The notes under the pieces: model-generated
The model's input: only the letters and a program-made list of their open reading frames with translations
Told to the model about the DNA's origin: nothing
Database searches by the model: none
Made by a program: the position numbers and the translations under genes
Assembly (NCBI GenBank): GCA_038886195.1
Contig: JAVZYK010000001.1
Span: 80,339-144,338 of the forward strand
Direction of reading: 5' to 3'
DNA from: Candidatus Pacearchaeota archaeon
GTDB taxonomy: Archaea > Nanobdellota > Nanobdellia > Pacearchaeales > UBA284
Length of the DNA: 64,000 bases
In this document: piece after piece, positions 37,903 through 47,396 of the stretch
Position numbering within the stretch: the stretch's first letter is position 1
How the letters are laid out: every line of letters starts with the position of its first letter

Positions 37903-38961
37903 ATGATATCCATTGTAATTCCTACATTAAATGAAGCTCAGAATATTGAGATTCTTTTGAGAAGGATTATAAAATTGAGAAATAAGTTAAAAGATTATGA
38001 AATAATTGTTGCGGACAGCAATAGCAAAGACAATACAGTCACTATAGCTAAGAATCTCGCTTCTAGATATAAATGGCCAATAAAAGTTATACAAACAGGA
38101 AATGCTGATTTAAGTAATGCGATTGTTAGAGCTTTGTTTTCTGTACGAGGAGATGTTGTTGTAATTATGGACGCAGATCTACAGCATCCTCCCGAACTTT
38201 TACCAAAAATGTTACAAATTTTAGAAAAAGGAAACGATATTGTGATAGCTTCTAGATTTGTGAAAGGTTCTAAAATTAATTTTGGTTTTTCTCGCATTCT
38301 AGTATCAAAAACTTATAGATTTTTGGCTCATTTGTTTGTTCCTAAAACTAAAGGAATTAAAGATCCTGCTTCTGGTTTTTTTGTTTTTAGAAAAAAAATT
38401 TTAAAGAACGTTAGACTTAAACCTTTGGGATTTAAAATACTTTTAGAAATTTTGGCCAAAGGAAAATATGATGGTGTTGTAGAAATTCCGTTTAATTTTA
38501 AAAATAGAGAAAAAGGTAAAAGCAAATTTAATTTTAAACAAACAAGTTTGGCTTTTAAACATTTGTTAAAGTTAGCAAAGCATAACAAAGAACATTTGAG
38601 ATTTTTAAAATTTCTTATTGTTGGTGCAAGCGGCATAGTTGTTAATGAAGGATTGCTTTGGCTTTTGACAGAGTCTGGTTTATTTTATCTTTTTTCAAGT
38701 TTAATCGCTATAGAAGCTTCAATTGTTTCAAATTTTATATTAAATGATTTGTGGACATTTAGAAAAGATAGAAAAGGTTTGTTTTTTACAAGATTTTTGA
38801 AATTTAATTTATCAAGAGCAATGGCTTCTTTAGTAATTAATTTTATAGTTCTATGGCTCTTAACTGTTTTTGGTTTACATTATTTAATATCTAATTTAAT
38901 TGGAATTGTAGTTGCGACTATTTTGACTTATCTTACTAGCTTGTGGTGGGTTTGGAAATAA
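37903..38961 (+). CDS. GT2 glycosyltransferase, dolichyl-phosphate mannose/glucose synthase-like, with C-terminal GtrA-like TM domain
   Basis: The true start is the internal ATG (MISIVIPTLNE). The track ORF starts upstream at 37711. IVIPTLNE, DSNSKDNT and MDADLQHPP (DxD-type) motifs are typical of DPM-synthase-like GT2. The C-terminal 4 TM (FLIVGASGIVVNEGLLWLL...) are GtrA-like. Confidence 0.8.
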   Translation: MISIVIPTLNEAQNIEILLRRIIKLRNKLKDYEIIVADSNSKDNTVTIAKNLASRYKWPIKVIQTGNADLSNAIVRALFSVRGDVVVIMDADLQHPPELLPKMLQILEKGNDIVIASRFVKGSKINFGFSRILVSKTYRFLAHLFVPKTKGIKDPASGFFVFRKKILKNVRLKPLGFKILLEILAKGKYDGVVEIPFNFKNREKGKSKFNFKQTSLAFKHLLKLAKHNKEHLRFLKFLIVGASGIVVNEGLLWLLTESGLFYLFSSLIAIEASIVSNFILNDLWTFRKDRKGLFFTRFLKFNLSRAMASLVINFIVLWLLTVFGLHYLISNLIGIVVATILTYLTSLWWVWK

Positions 38962-38964
38962 AAA

Positions 38965-40452
38965 ATGAAAAAGAGAAAATTTAAAGATTGGTTTAAAAAT
39001 AAAAATGAATTAATTATTTTTCTAATTTCATTTTTTATAGCTTTGACTTTCTTTTTATGGCAACGCAGATTCTTTTCATGGGATTTTTCGGTTTATATGA
39101 TGAATGCAGAATATGCTTTGGGTTTAGGTAATGGTTATGGAAATTATTTTGAGTGGCTCAGGCCTCCTTTTGTTCCTTTCTTACTGATGATTTTTAGGCC
39201 TCTTGGAAGAACTTTTGCGGCCTACTTCTTTGTAATTTTTTCTACATCTCTTTATTTTTTCTCTTTAAAGTTATTTCATGATAAGTTCCTAAAGAATATA
39301 GATAATTCGTGGATTTTTTATATTTTTGCTATTAATCCTTTTGTGCTCGGCTATGGCTTAGGCATTGGTACAGAATTGATTTCTTTATCTTTAATCATTC
39401 TTTTTGTTGTTTTTTCTTTTTCTCCTGTTGGCTTTGTTTTTTTAGGATTGTCTATTTTAACAAGATATTCTAATGCTATTTTATTTCCATTGGTTTTTTT
39501 ATCCAAGAATATTAAGAAAATATTAATGGGATTTGTAATTATTTTAATGGTGTTTTTACCATGGTTTTTTATAAATTATGTGTTTACGGGCCATTTTTTT
39601 ACTAGCGTTGGTGATTATTATGCTTTAAATTCTCTTGAGCAAGCGCCAGCAAAATTTGACTTATGGTTGTTATCTTATCATTTATTACTTGCTTTAAACG
39701 CATGTTTGCCTTTCTTAATTCTTGGAATTTTTAAAAAAAATAAGAATGAAAGAAAAAACAAAGAATTGTTTATAATTATGATTTCCATTGTTATTTTGAC
39801 TTTGTTAATGTACTCAATTAATTCTATAAAAGAACCTAGATTTCTTTTCAATCTTGCATTGCCCGCTTGTTATTTTTCTGTTTTAGGTTTTAATTCTATC
39901 GAAAAATTAAAAGGTGAAAAAAGGACAATAGTAAAAACTGTTCTGATAATTTTTCTTTTAGTTTTATCTCTTTTTACATTTGTTTTTGCAGAAAATACTA
40001 GCAAAGGATTTATTGGAGAAGAAGAAATGACAAAACAAATAATTAAAAAAACAGACAATTGTACTATAGCGAGCGATTTATGGATTTATTTTAATTGGTA
40101 TGGAAAGAAGGCAATTCCTGCCCCGATGGCGCTGAATTTAGTTGAAACAAACGAACCAGAAATTTTTTCAATGATAGATCAAGGTTACAATATAATTTTA
40201 TTTAAAAATTCAGAATCATTTACTAAAAATAAAAATTTCGTAGAAGATCTAAAAAATTATTTAGTAGAGGATAATGAAAAGTACATTTGGCTTAGAAATA
40301 AAGAAAAATGTAAAATTGACGAAAAAATAAACAGAACATATATAGATTCTTTGAAACCTTTTGGCGAATTTTCTAAAGACTTCAGTGGCTGCGATGCTTT
40401 AATGACTAGATTAAACTTGAGGAAAGTATGTGAAATGTTTAAATTTTTATAA
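38965..40452 (+). CDS. polytopic membrane protein, possible GT-C type glycosyltransferase
   Basis: 495 aa. At least 10 predicted TM helices followed by an approximately 130 aa soluble C-terminal domain. Its start is 4 nt after the DPM-synthase stop. Assignment is by topology and context only. Confidence 0.35.
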   Translation: MKKRKFKDWFKNKNELIIFLISFFIALTFFLWQRRFFSWDFSVYMMNAEYALGLGNGYGNYFEWLRPPFVPFLLMIFRPLGRTFAAYFFVIFSTSLYFFSLKLFHDKFLKNIDNSWIFYIFAINPFVLGYGLGIGTELISLSLIILFVVFSFSPVGFVFLGLSILTRYSNAILFPLVFLSKNIKKILMGFVIILMVFLPWFFINYVFTGHFFTSVGDYYALNSLEQAPAKFDLWLLSYHLLLALNACLPFLILGIFKKNKNERKNKELFIIMISIVILTLLMYSINSIKEPRFLFNLALPACYFSVLGFNSIEKLKGEKRTIVKTVLIIFLLVLSLFTFVFAENTSKGFIGEEEMTKQIIKKTDNCTIASDLWIYFNWYGKKAIPAPMALNLVETNEPEIFSMIDQGYNIILFKNSESFTKNKNFVEDLKNYLVEDNEKYIWLRNKEKCKIDEKINRTYIDSLKPFGEFSKDFSGCDALMTRLNLRKVCEMFKFL

Positions 40453-40485
40453 AATTTTTGTAAGAATCGTAAAATTATAAAAGCA

Positions 40486-41157
40486 TTATAAAAGTTCTTC
40501 CAATTCAGATTTGACAAGGTAACTGTATTTTTCTCCATTTATGATTAAAGTCGGTAGGCCAGTTATGTTGTATTTTAAGATCAAAGCTTTAGTCGCTTGA
40601 TTTTTTGAATTTGCATCAAATGCAAAAACATAAACAGGAGCGCCTTTCTTTTGTTCATTATGTTCATAAACAACTTGATCAAGAATTTTGCCTTGGTCTT
40701 CACAGCCATCAACACTGCCCTTCGGATCTGCTTTTTTGTTTGTATAAAAAAATAAAACTATATTGAATTCCTTGCCACATTCATATTTAATCATTTCAAG
40801 CTGTTGCAAGGTTTTTATTTCTATAAGTTCGTATATTTCTTTTTTTGCCATAACTTCTTCATTTTCTTTCCCAAGTCTTTTTTCAAGTTCTGTTAGCATT
40901 TTTCCTAAAGAAGCCTTTTCTTCAAATAAATCCTCTATATCTAAATTACAAACGTCACGTTCTAAAACAGAATCTCTTACTTCTAATGCCACTAAGTCGA
41001 CAAGAAATCTTTCTTCTGTTTGCTTGAATTCTTCTAATTGAGTCATTGCTATGTAATTTCCAAGAAGCAATCCAAATAAAAAAATTATGGTTGCTAAAAT
41101 TAATGCTGTTATTAACAGCCATAAATTGGTAGATTTAGATCTTTTAATCGAACTCAT
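40486..41157 (-). CDS. membrane-anchored protein with possible thioredoxin-like C-terminal region (no CxxC)
   Basis: 223 aa. N-terminal TM, a coiled middle. The C-terminal ...NITGLPTLIINGEKY resembles the thioredoxin/DsbA-fold strand-turn, but no CxxC is present. Confidence 0.3.
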   Translation of the reverse strand: MSSIKRSKSTNLWLLITALILATIIFLFGLLLGNYIAMTQLEEFKQTEERFLVDLVALEVRDSVLERDVCNLDIEDLFEEKASLGKMLTELEKRLGKENEEVMAKKEIYELIEIKTLQQLEMIKYECGKEFNIVLFFYTNKKADPKGSVDGCEDQGKILDQVVYEHNEQKKGAPVYVFAFDANSKNQATKALILKYNITGLPTLIINGEKYSYLVKSELEELL

Positions 41158-41179
41158 TTTAAACTATTCTTTTATTATT

Positions 41180-42457
41180 TTACCAACTCACTTTTAATTT
41201 AAAAACATATTTTATTACTCCTTCTAGACAAAAAAGTATTAAAATCCACCCATAAATAAATACAAAAACAAGGTAATCTAATAAGTTGATTTTTTCTTTT
41301 AGTTTTGTTAATGCGAAAGAAAAAAAGAGAACTGAAAGCAATAAAGCAAAAATGCTTAGGATGATTCTTGGATCAGAGATAAAAAGTAATGCTTTGAATA
41401 GATTAATTTCAAATTCCAGTCGAAAACGTACTCCTAGTAAAAAATCATAAATTAAGTTATAAGCATTATATACTAATCCATATAAAACTATCGATGCAGC
41501 AGCAAGCATTATGGCAGTTCCTAAAATCACTGTAACTGGCAAAAAAAATGTTCCTAGCGCGCCATATTTCGGAGAAATGAGATGTTTATATTTTACCATA
41601 TTTTGGAAAGTTCCATGCCACCATCTTATGCGCTCTTTTCGCAATTTATTAAATTTTTCTGGGACTATTGTAGTAATTTTTTTGTCTAAAAAAACTATAT
41701 TATAACCTAAGGATTTTACTCTAAGAGCTATTTCAAAATCTTCTGTTAAAGTTTTTTCATCATAGTAGCCGGCCTTTCTGAAAAATTCAGATTTAAATAT
41801 AGTAAAAGCTGGGGCAATACATACCGCATCGACCCTGCCAAGCAAATATCTATAGAAAGAAGTCATCAAATATTCTATCTTCTGCATCCTTGCAAGAAAT
41901 TTTTTTTCGTTGTAGGGCATCATCCAAGAGGTAACTGCCATTACATTTTCATCTTGGAAAAATGGAATGGCCTCTTTTAGCAAGTTTCTTGGGATAAAAG
42001 TATCTGCGTCAAGATGCGCTATTAATAAAGATTTTTGATTTTTTGTTAAATTTTGTCCTTTTTTTGAAAATAAATATCTTAAACCGAAATTAAGAACATG
42101 AGATTTATATCCTGTACTTTTTTCTCTTTGTAATAATATTATTTTTCTGTTTTTTTTAGAATATTTTTTAATTAAATCTTGTGCAACCTTTGGAGTATTG
42201 TCGGTGCTGGCATCATTTATAATTATTGTTGTGATTTTTCCTTTATAATCTTGGTTAATTATTCTTTTTACACACTCTTCTAGAACTTCTTGAACGTTTT
42301 TGGCTGGAATCAAGAAAACCACATTTGGAAAAATATTTGTTGTTTTTGGTTTTTGCTCTTTCTTAAAAAGTATAAGTAAGTAGAATATGGCTATAAAAAA
42401 TCCAATAAATAATATAGGATATAAAACCCATATAGGCAATTGAGGAAGTGCCGCCAT
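41180..42457 (-). CDS. membrane-bound GT2 glycosyltransferase (processive synthase-like)
   Basis: 425 aa. N-terminal TM, IINDASTDNT, HLDADT (DxD), QRIRWWHG-like (QxxRW) motif, several C-terminal TM helices. Confidence 0.75.
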   Translation of the reverse strand: MAALPQLPIWVLYPILFIGFFIAIFYLLILFKKEQKPKTTNIFPNVVFLIPAKNVQEVLEECVKRIINQDYKGKITTIIINDASTDNTPKVAQDLIKKYSKKNRKIILLQREKSTGYKSHVLNFGLRYLFSKKGQNLTKNQKSLLIAHLDADTFIPRNLLKEAIPFFQDENVMAVTSWMMPYNEKKFLARMQKIEYLMTSFYRYLLGRVDAVCIAPAFTIFKSEFFRKAGYYDEKTLTEDFEIALRVKSLGYNIVFLDKKITTIVPEKFNKLRKERIRWWHGTFQNMVKYKHLISPKYGALGTFFLPVTVILGTAIMLAAASIVLYGLVYNAYNLIYDFLLGVRFRLEFEINLFKALLFISDPRIILSIFALLLSVLFFSFALTKLKEKINLLDYLVFVFIYGWILILFCLEGVIKYVFKLKVSW

Positions 42458-42528
42458 AAGATAAAAAAGCCGGAAATGATATAAAAAGATTATCCTATTT
42501 TAATGCAATCTTTTTTAGATTGTTTTTA

Positions 42529-43374
42529 TTATGCTAGAGCTCTAGTTGCTGTAACTATTAGATATGTTATTATAAGCAAAATTGTGCTGTGTTTTATTCC
42601 ATATTTTATTGAACCTTCGCTGAGTTTGCCAATTACTAAGCCGGCAAACAGAGCTTGCATTAACAAAAGAATGAAAAAAGAACGTTCAATAAGTTCTTGG
42701 GAGGCTTGTTGTCCGAAAGAAATTCCTATGCCTTCTACTTTAGCACTTTCTAGGCCTGTGGTGCCAAGGGCTCCTGTAATCATGGGTATGAATTTTAATT
42801 CTACAAAAAGCATGATGATAATAAAAATAAAGAAAATTATGTAGCCCTGTACAACCATACTATAAACTCTAGAAGCCCTTTCTTTTTTTAAATCTTCAAT
42901 TTCTGTAACATTCTTTACTACCGCAGTAAGAACATTTCCTATTTCGCCACCAGAAGTTTCAGCTTCTATGATAAGTTCAATACTCCTCGATACAACTTTG
43001 TTTTTAACTTCAGATGCAAAAGTTCTTAATGCCTGTTTTAAAGGAATGGCTAACAAGATTTGATTTGCAAGTTTTTTAATATGGGGTGTTAAACTTCCAT
43101 AATCTTTTGCAGATACATGAACTATGCTTCTAGAGATGGAGCTTCCTGCTTTAACGCTTTCTACTAAATCTCGAACAAATTCAAGGAACATCTCTTCTTT
43201 TTCTTTTTCACGACCAGTTTCGGTAATTATAGATATTAAGAATGGAATGACTGCAATCACTACTGCCAAACCTATTAAAAAGAGCAAGAGTTTAGTTTTA
43301 GCAAAAAAAATTAAACTCAGGATTATTAAAACAATTCCTATTACAATGCTTATTATTTGTATTTTTTTTACCAT
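42529..43374 (-). CDS. type II secretion system F-domain membrane protein (TadC/FlaJ-like), short form
   Basis: 281 aa, 3-4 TM with a central soluble T2SSF-like helical domain. Adjacent to a second TadC-like gene and a secretion ATPase. Confidence 0.6.
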   Translation of the reverse strand: MVKKIQIISIVIGIVLIILSLIFFAKTKLLLFLIGLAVVIAVIPFLISIITETGREKEKEEMFLEFVRDLVESVKAGSSISRSIVHVSAKDYGSLTPHIKKLANQILLAIPLKQALRTFASEVKNKVVSRSIELIIEAETSGGEIGNVLTAVVKNVTEIEDLKKERASRVYSMVVQGYIIFFIFIIIMLFVELKFIPMITGALGTTGLESAKVEGIGISFGQQASQELIERSFFILLLMQALFAGLVIGKLSEGSIKYGIKHSTILLIITYLIVTATRALA

Positions 43375-43395
43375 TTTTGATTCTTTATTTAATTT

Positions 43396-44670
43396 TTAAA
43401 CTTCTGGTTGAGTCATTTTTAGAAAAACTAAAAATGCTATATTTAATACTGCAATTGCAACAACGCCTAAATTAGCCAATACCGAAATGTTCATCGCTAA
43501 GAAAGTAGTTCCAAGGACAGACATTATTGCTAGGATCAACATGAAAATTAAAGGTGCAGCTATTAGTAACGCAGTGTAAATGTCAGAGTACATTCCTATG
43601 ACAGCAGTATAACGTTCTCTGCTTAATTTATAATCCAACAACAAGTTTTTTGCCTTTTCATTTAAATAAGTAGTTAAGTCACCTCCTGTTGTTATTGTTG
43701 TGGCCATGCCATTAAGTAAATCGCTTAATTTTCTACTTGAAGTTATCTTAGCTACATTTCTTAATGAAGTAGTTAAATCATAGCCGTAGATATTTATTTG
43801 GTTAACTATTTTTCTTATTTCAACGCTAAACGCTCTATATTCTTTAGTTAAAGCTATGATCGAGAATATTTTTGAAGGTTCAACCTTGCTAGAAGCAATT
43901 GCTGCCATATGAGAGACAGCAAAAGGCAATTCAGCTTCTATTTTTTTTCTTGTTGATGATGCAACATTTGCAGGATAACTTAAGGCAAGGAAAAATACTA
44001 TTGAAGTTACAATTAGGGCTATAACAAGATTTCTTATTACCGCAACAATTGTTCCTTCTAGAGCAAATGCGAGTGCTAAAGCCATAGTAACTGAAAGGAT
44101 TAAAGTAATGAATGTTATAAAAACAATTAATGAAATGTAGGCTGTTAGCATATATGGCATATTTGCTTTTTTCAAGTCATTGCCAAGGCTTTTGAATAAT
44201 TTTCTTTTAGAAAGTTTATAGGAAAATTCTCCGAAGATTTTGCTGGCAAATATAGCAAAAGCAGAAGGTTTTGTAATGATGAGATATTCTTCTTTTTCTT
44301 CAACTTTCTTTTTAAGTCTTGCTTTCATATCTTTAATCGCTTTTTCACTTAAGTTCAATTCTTCCATAAATTTTTTCTTGCTCTCGTCTTCTATATAAAC
44401 GGGCCCGGTTGCTGTAACTATCCTTTGAATTTTTAGAGGCAAACTTTCTTTTTTTTCAGCTTTTACAATTTCAAACCTTAAATTTGGTAAAAAAGCCGTT
44501 ATTGAATTATTGATTAACATTATTTGTTTTATTAAAGATTGAGAAGTTTCTTCTAGGATTTTTTTTTCATCTTCTTTTGCTGTTTCGTATGCAAGAGCTA
44601 TTGAGTTGAGTTCTTCTAGTATATTTCTTATTTTTTGAATATTTGCTCTAACTTTATCTATTTCTTCCAT
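43396..44670 (-). CDS. type II secretion system F-domain membrane protein (TadC/FlaJ-like), long form
   Basis: 424 aa. An N-terminal soluble coiled region, then a polytopic domain with paired T2SSF-like repeats. Immediately downstream of the ATPase and the 58-aa ORF. Confidence 0.6.
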   Translation of the reverse strand: MEEIDKVRANIQKIRNILEELNSIALAYETAKEDEKKILEETSQSLIKQIMLINNSITAFLPNLRFEIVKAEKKESLPLKIQRIVTATGPVYIEDESKKKFMEELNLSEKAIKDMKARLKKKVEEKEEYLIITKPSAFAIFASKIFGEFSYKLSKRKLFKSLGNDLKKANMPYMLTAYISLIVFITFITLILSVTMALALAFALEGTIVAVIRNLVIALIVTSIVFFLALSYPANVASSTRKKIEAELPFAVSHMAAIASSKVEPSKIFSIIALTKEYRAFSVEIRKIVNQINIYGYDLTTSLRNVAKITSSRKLSDLLNGMATTITTGGDLTTYLNEKAKNLLLDYKLSRERYTAVIGMYSDIYTALLIAAPLIFMLILAIMSVLGTTFLAMNISVLANLGVVAIAVLNIAFLVFLKMTQPEV

Positions 44671-44678
44671 TTTTTTAT

Positions 44679-44855
44679 TTAACTTAAACTTTTTATTTCT
44701 GCATTTATTTCATTATTTATTTTTTCAAGTTCCTGTCTCAGCTCATTAAATTTCTTTTCATCTCCTAGTTGTTTTGATTGTTCTAAATCAAATAATATTT
44801 GTTCTGCAGAAACAACAAGTTGCATTAAAAAAGTTATTTTTTGTAAAGAGATCAT
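44679..44855 (-). CDS. 58-aa coiled-coil ORF translationally coupled to the secretion ATPase
   Basis: Absent from the track (under 60 aa). Its ATG overlaps the ATPase TGA stop (ATGA). It translates to MISLQKITFLMQLVVSAEQILFDLEQSKQLGDEKKFNELRQELEKINNEINAEIKSLS, with no TM. Its stop lies 8 nt before the TadC ATG. Confidence 0.4.
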   Translation of the reverse strand: MISLQKITFLMQLVVSAEQILFDLEQSKQLGDEKKFNELRQELEKINNEINAEIKSLS

Positions 44856-46438
44856 TTTTTAATTAATTTTGGCGGCAAATATTTTGTTAGAACCTCGCTA
44901 GGATTTTTATAATAATCATTTATTATTCTTTGCACTTCTGTAAAATCAAAAATTTTCTTTTTATAAAGTTCAAAAATGAGTCGTGTTCTTAAACGAAATT
45001 CTTCTAACAATTGCTCTTTGCTTAAACCATATCTTTTCATTATTTTTTCAAAAACTTTACTTTCTGTTTTGAAGAAAAAGGCATCTTTTGCAGGATCCCA
45101 TATAAAAGGGGTGTTAGTAACTGCAATTCCTTCCGGAGTAACTTCAACAATTTCAACTATTTCTCGAAGCCTTCTTGTTTCTTGTTTTTTAACTATTGCA
45201 TGAGTCATAACTGCGACAGCATCTAAAGTATTGACTAAAGTTGGTGAAAGATTTATTGGAGGCGTCTCTAAACGTCTTATAACTGCTTCAACCGAGTCGG
45301 CATGCATTGTACTTAAAGAAGGATGACCTGATGCCATCGCTTGAAATAATACAAATGCTTCTTTACCTCTAACTTCACCAACAATAACGTAATCAGGATT
45401 TTGCCTGAACGATTCTTTTAATAAAGTAAACATATCTATTTCACCAATTCCACTTATGCCGGTTCTTGCAACGCTTGGCAGCCAGTTTTCTCTTGGCAAG
45501 TTTATTTCTCTGGTATCTTCTACTGAGACAACACGCGCTTCAGGAGGAATAAAAAAAGCCAAAGCATTTAGCATCGACGTCTTTCCGGATCCGGTTCCTC
45601 CAGCGACTAAAACATTACATTTGTATTGCATCAATATCCAAAAATAAGCCAACATTTCTGGTGAAAGAGTATTCATTGATATTAGTTGAATAGGAGTCCA
45701 AGGAATTTTCGTGAATTTTCTTATAGTAAAAGTAGGTCCTTTACTAGTGACTTCTGTTGTATAGGTTGCATTCACTCTTGAACCATCAGGAAGAGTTCCA
45801 TCAAGAAGAGGCGAGGCATAAGAAACATACCTCCCACATCTTTGTGCTAATTTTTCTACAAAACTGGCAAGTTTATTCATATTTTTATATATGAGATTGG
45901 TTCTCATATTTCTGTAGATTCTATGTACAATATAAACAGGAGTTCCTACTCCATTACATTCTATGTCTTCAATAAAGAAATCTCTTATTAAAGGTTCTAT
46001 TTCATTTAAACCGATAAAATCTCTATAAATATAATAAAAAAGCCTGTTATAACTATCTTCACTGACATTTCTGCCCAATTCTTTTAAAAGAACCTTTGTC
46101 ATTTTATCAAGATACTCTAAGATAGCTTCCTGTGTTTTTTCAGTTACTGCTCCAAGATTGATTAGTTCTAACATTCCTGCTTCAAGTTCTTCAAGAATTT
46201 TGGTTTCAAAATCATTCAACAAAGGTTCTTCTATATCATAAACTACTTCTCCAATGTTGGGATTCCAGTAAATGTGAGCTGTAACATAAGGCGAAATTAA
46301 AACATATCTAACATTAATTTTAGTTTTATCTTCTATTCTTGGTAAAGAAGGTATTTCTGGTGTGAGATTTATTGCGGGGTGCTTTGGTTTAGGTAATCCG
46401 GGAGGTTTTGGTATTGAAGGTGGTAATGGAAAAGGCAT
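44852..46438 (-). CDS. type II/IV secretion system ATPase (archaeal TadA/FlaI/VirB11-like)
   Basis: 528 aa. Walker A GGTGSGKTS, Asp box/Walker B (IVGEVRG), His-box region, N-terminal PAS-like region. P-rich extreme N-terminus. Confidence 0.8.
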   Translation of the reverse strand: MPFPLPPSIPKPPGLPKPKHPAINLTPEIPSLPRIEDKTKINVRYVLISPYVTAHIYWNPNIGEVVYDIEEPLLNDFETKILEELEAGMLELINLGAVTEKTQEAILEYLDKMTKVLLKELGRNVSEDSYNRLFYYIYRDFIGLNEIEPLIRDFFIEDIECNGVGTPVYIVHRIYRNMRTNLIYKNMNKLASFVEKLAQRCGRYVSYASPLLDGTLPDGSRVNATYTTEVTSKGPTFTIRKFTKIPWTPIQLISMNTLSPEMLAYFWILMQYKCNVLVAGGTGSGKTSMLNALAFFIPPEARVVSVEDTREINLPRENWLPSVARTGISGIGEIDMFTLLKESFRQNPDYVIVGEVRGKEAFVLFQAMASGHPSLSTMHADSVEAVIRRLETPPINLSPTLVNTLDAVAVMTHAIVKKQETRRLREIVEIVEVTPEGIAVTNTPFIWDPAKDAFFFKTESKVFEKIMKRYGLSKEQLLEEFRLRTRLIFELYKKKIFDFTEVQRIINDYYKNPSEVLTKYLPPKLIKK

Positions 46439-46490
46439 TTTCTTTTTTACCTCTTTTATTACTTAAATAGAAGAATTTGTTATTTAAATC

Positions 46491-46658
46491 TTACTTCTTC
46501 TTTTCTTTAGTTATCCATTTTTGTTTTCTACTTCTATTCATATTGAAATGTTTTCTACATTTGCTAGAACAAAAATGAAGTATTTTGCCTTCAAGAGTTA
46601 CAAACATGATTCCTCTACCAGGTTCAATTTCTTTTGAACAAAAAAAACATTTTGTCAT
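46491..46658 (-). CDS. rpl24e: ribosomal protein L24e
   Basis: Absent from the track (55 aa). Translates to [55 protein letters not shown], the classic L24e C4 zinc-ribbon sequence. Downstream of rps28e as in the conserved L7Ae-S28e-L24e cluster. Confidence 0.85.
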   Translation of the reverse strand: MTKCFFCSKEIEPGRGIMFVTLEGKILHFCSSKCRKHFNMNRSRKQKWITKEKKK

Positions 46659-46664
46659 TTTTCA

Positions 46665-46964
46665 TTAAGTGAAAGCTCCTTTCATAACTTTTGTTTTTAT
46701 TCGTCTTGCTTCAATTTGTGTTTCACGTAACATTAAAATATCTTTCAGACGTATTGGACCTTTAACATTCCTTCTTATGGTTTTGCCTTTTTCAGGGCCT
46801 TGCAGTATTTTTACTTTAACTTGAGTTAATTCACCCCTAAAACCCGTTCTTCCCAATATTTCTTCGACAACGGCCGGAACTGCTTCATTGTAAATTATTT
46901 TTTCTATACCTTTCATTTCTGTAGCTCCACCTTCTCGTAACCTTTGCTGTTTTTTGCTTCCCAT
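46665..46964 (-). CDS. rps28e: ribosomal protein S28e
   Basis: [55 protein letters not shown] matches S28e. The true start is probably the internal Met (MKGIEKI...), near 46916. Confidence 0.85.
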   Translation of the reverse strand: MGSKKQQRLREGGATEMKGIEKIIYNEAVPAVVEEILGRTGFRGELTQVKVKILQGPEKGKTIRRNVKGPIRLKDILMLRETQIEARRIKTKVMKGAFT

Positions 46965-47007
46965 TCTTATATAACTACTTGTTTAATTTTTTATTAAATA
47001 TAGTTTT

Positions 47008-47337
47008 TTATTTTTCCTTTTTGATTAATTGTGCAATCTGTGAAGCCGCATCACCAGCATCTACGATTGCAACGGCAGATGCCGCTACATTAATTCCTGC
47101 TGAAGCTCCTAACTTTTTCTTTGAATCCACTGTAACGAAAGGAATGCCTTTTTCTTTACATAGAGCAGGCAAATGTTGTGTTATTTCTGCAGGTTGGACA
47201 TCTTCTGCTATTACTACTAATTTTGCATTGCCACGCTCAATTGCTTTAGTAGTTTCATTAATGCCTTTTTCTATTTTTCCACTCTTTCTTGCAGTTTCTA
47301 CGATTTCATAGACAGAAACCATTTTAACCTCCCTCAT
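47008..47337 (-). CDS. rpl7ae: ribosomal protein L7Ae (also sRNP/RNase P subunit)
   Basis: 109 aa. SGKIEKGINETTKAIERGNAKLVVIAEDVQPAEI...LPALCKEKGIPFVTVDSKKKLGASAGI is a near-canonical L7Ae. Confidence 0.9.
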   Translation of the reverse strand: MREVKMVSVYEIVETARKSGKIEKGINETTKAIERGNAKLVVIAEDVQPAEITQHLPALCKEKGIPFVTVDSKKKLGASAGINVAASAVAIVDAGDAASQIAQLIKKEK

Positions 47338-47396
47338 ATTTAATTAAATCAGTCATATGGTTAAAAGAATTAATGAAAATTGCTTTAAAAAGATTT

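Noticed and set aside
42503-42844. 113-aa plus-strand ORF
   Set aside because: Entirely antisense to the TadC-like gene 42529..43374.
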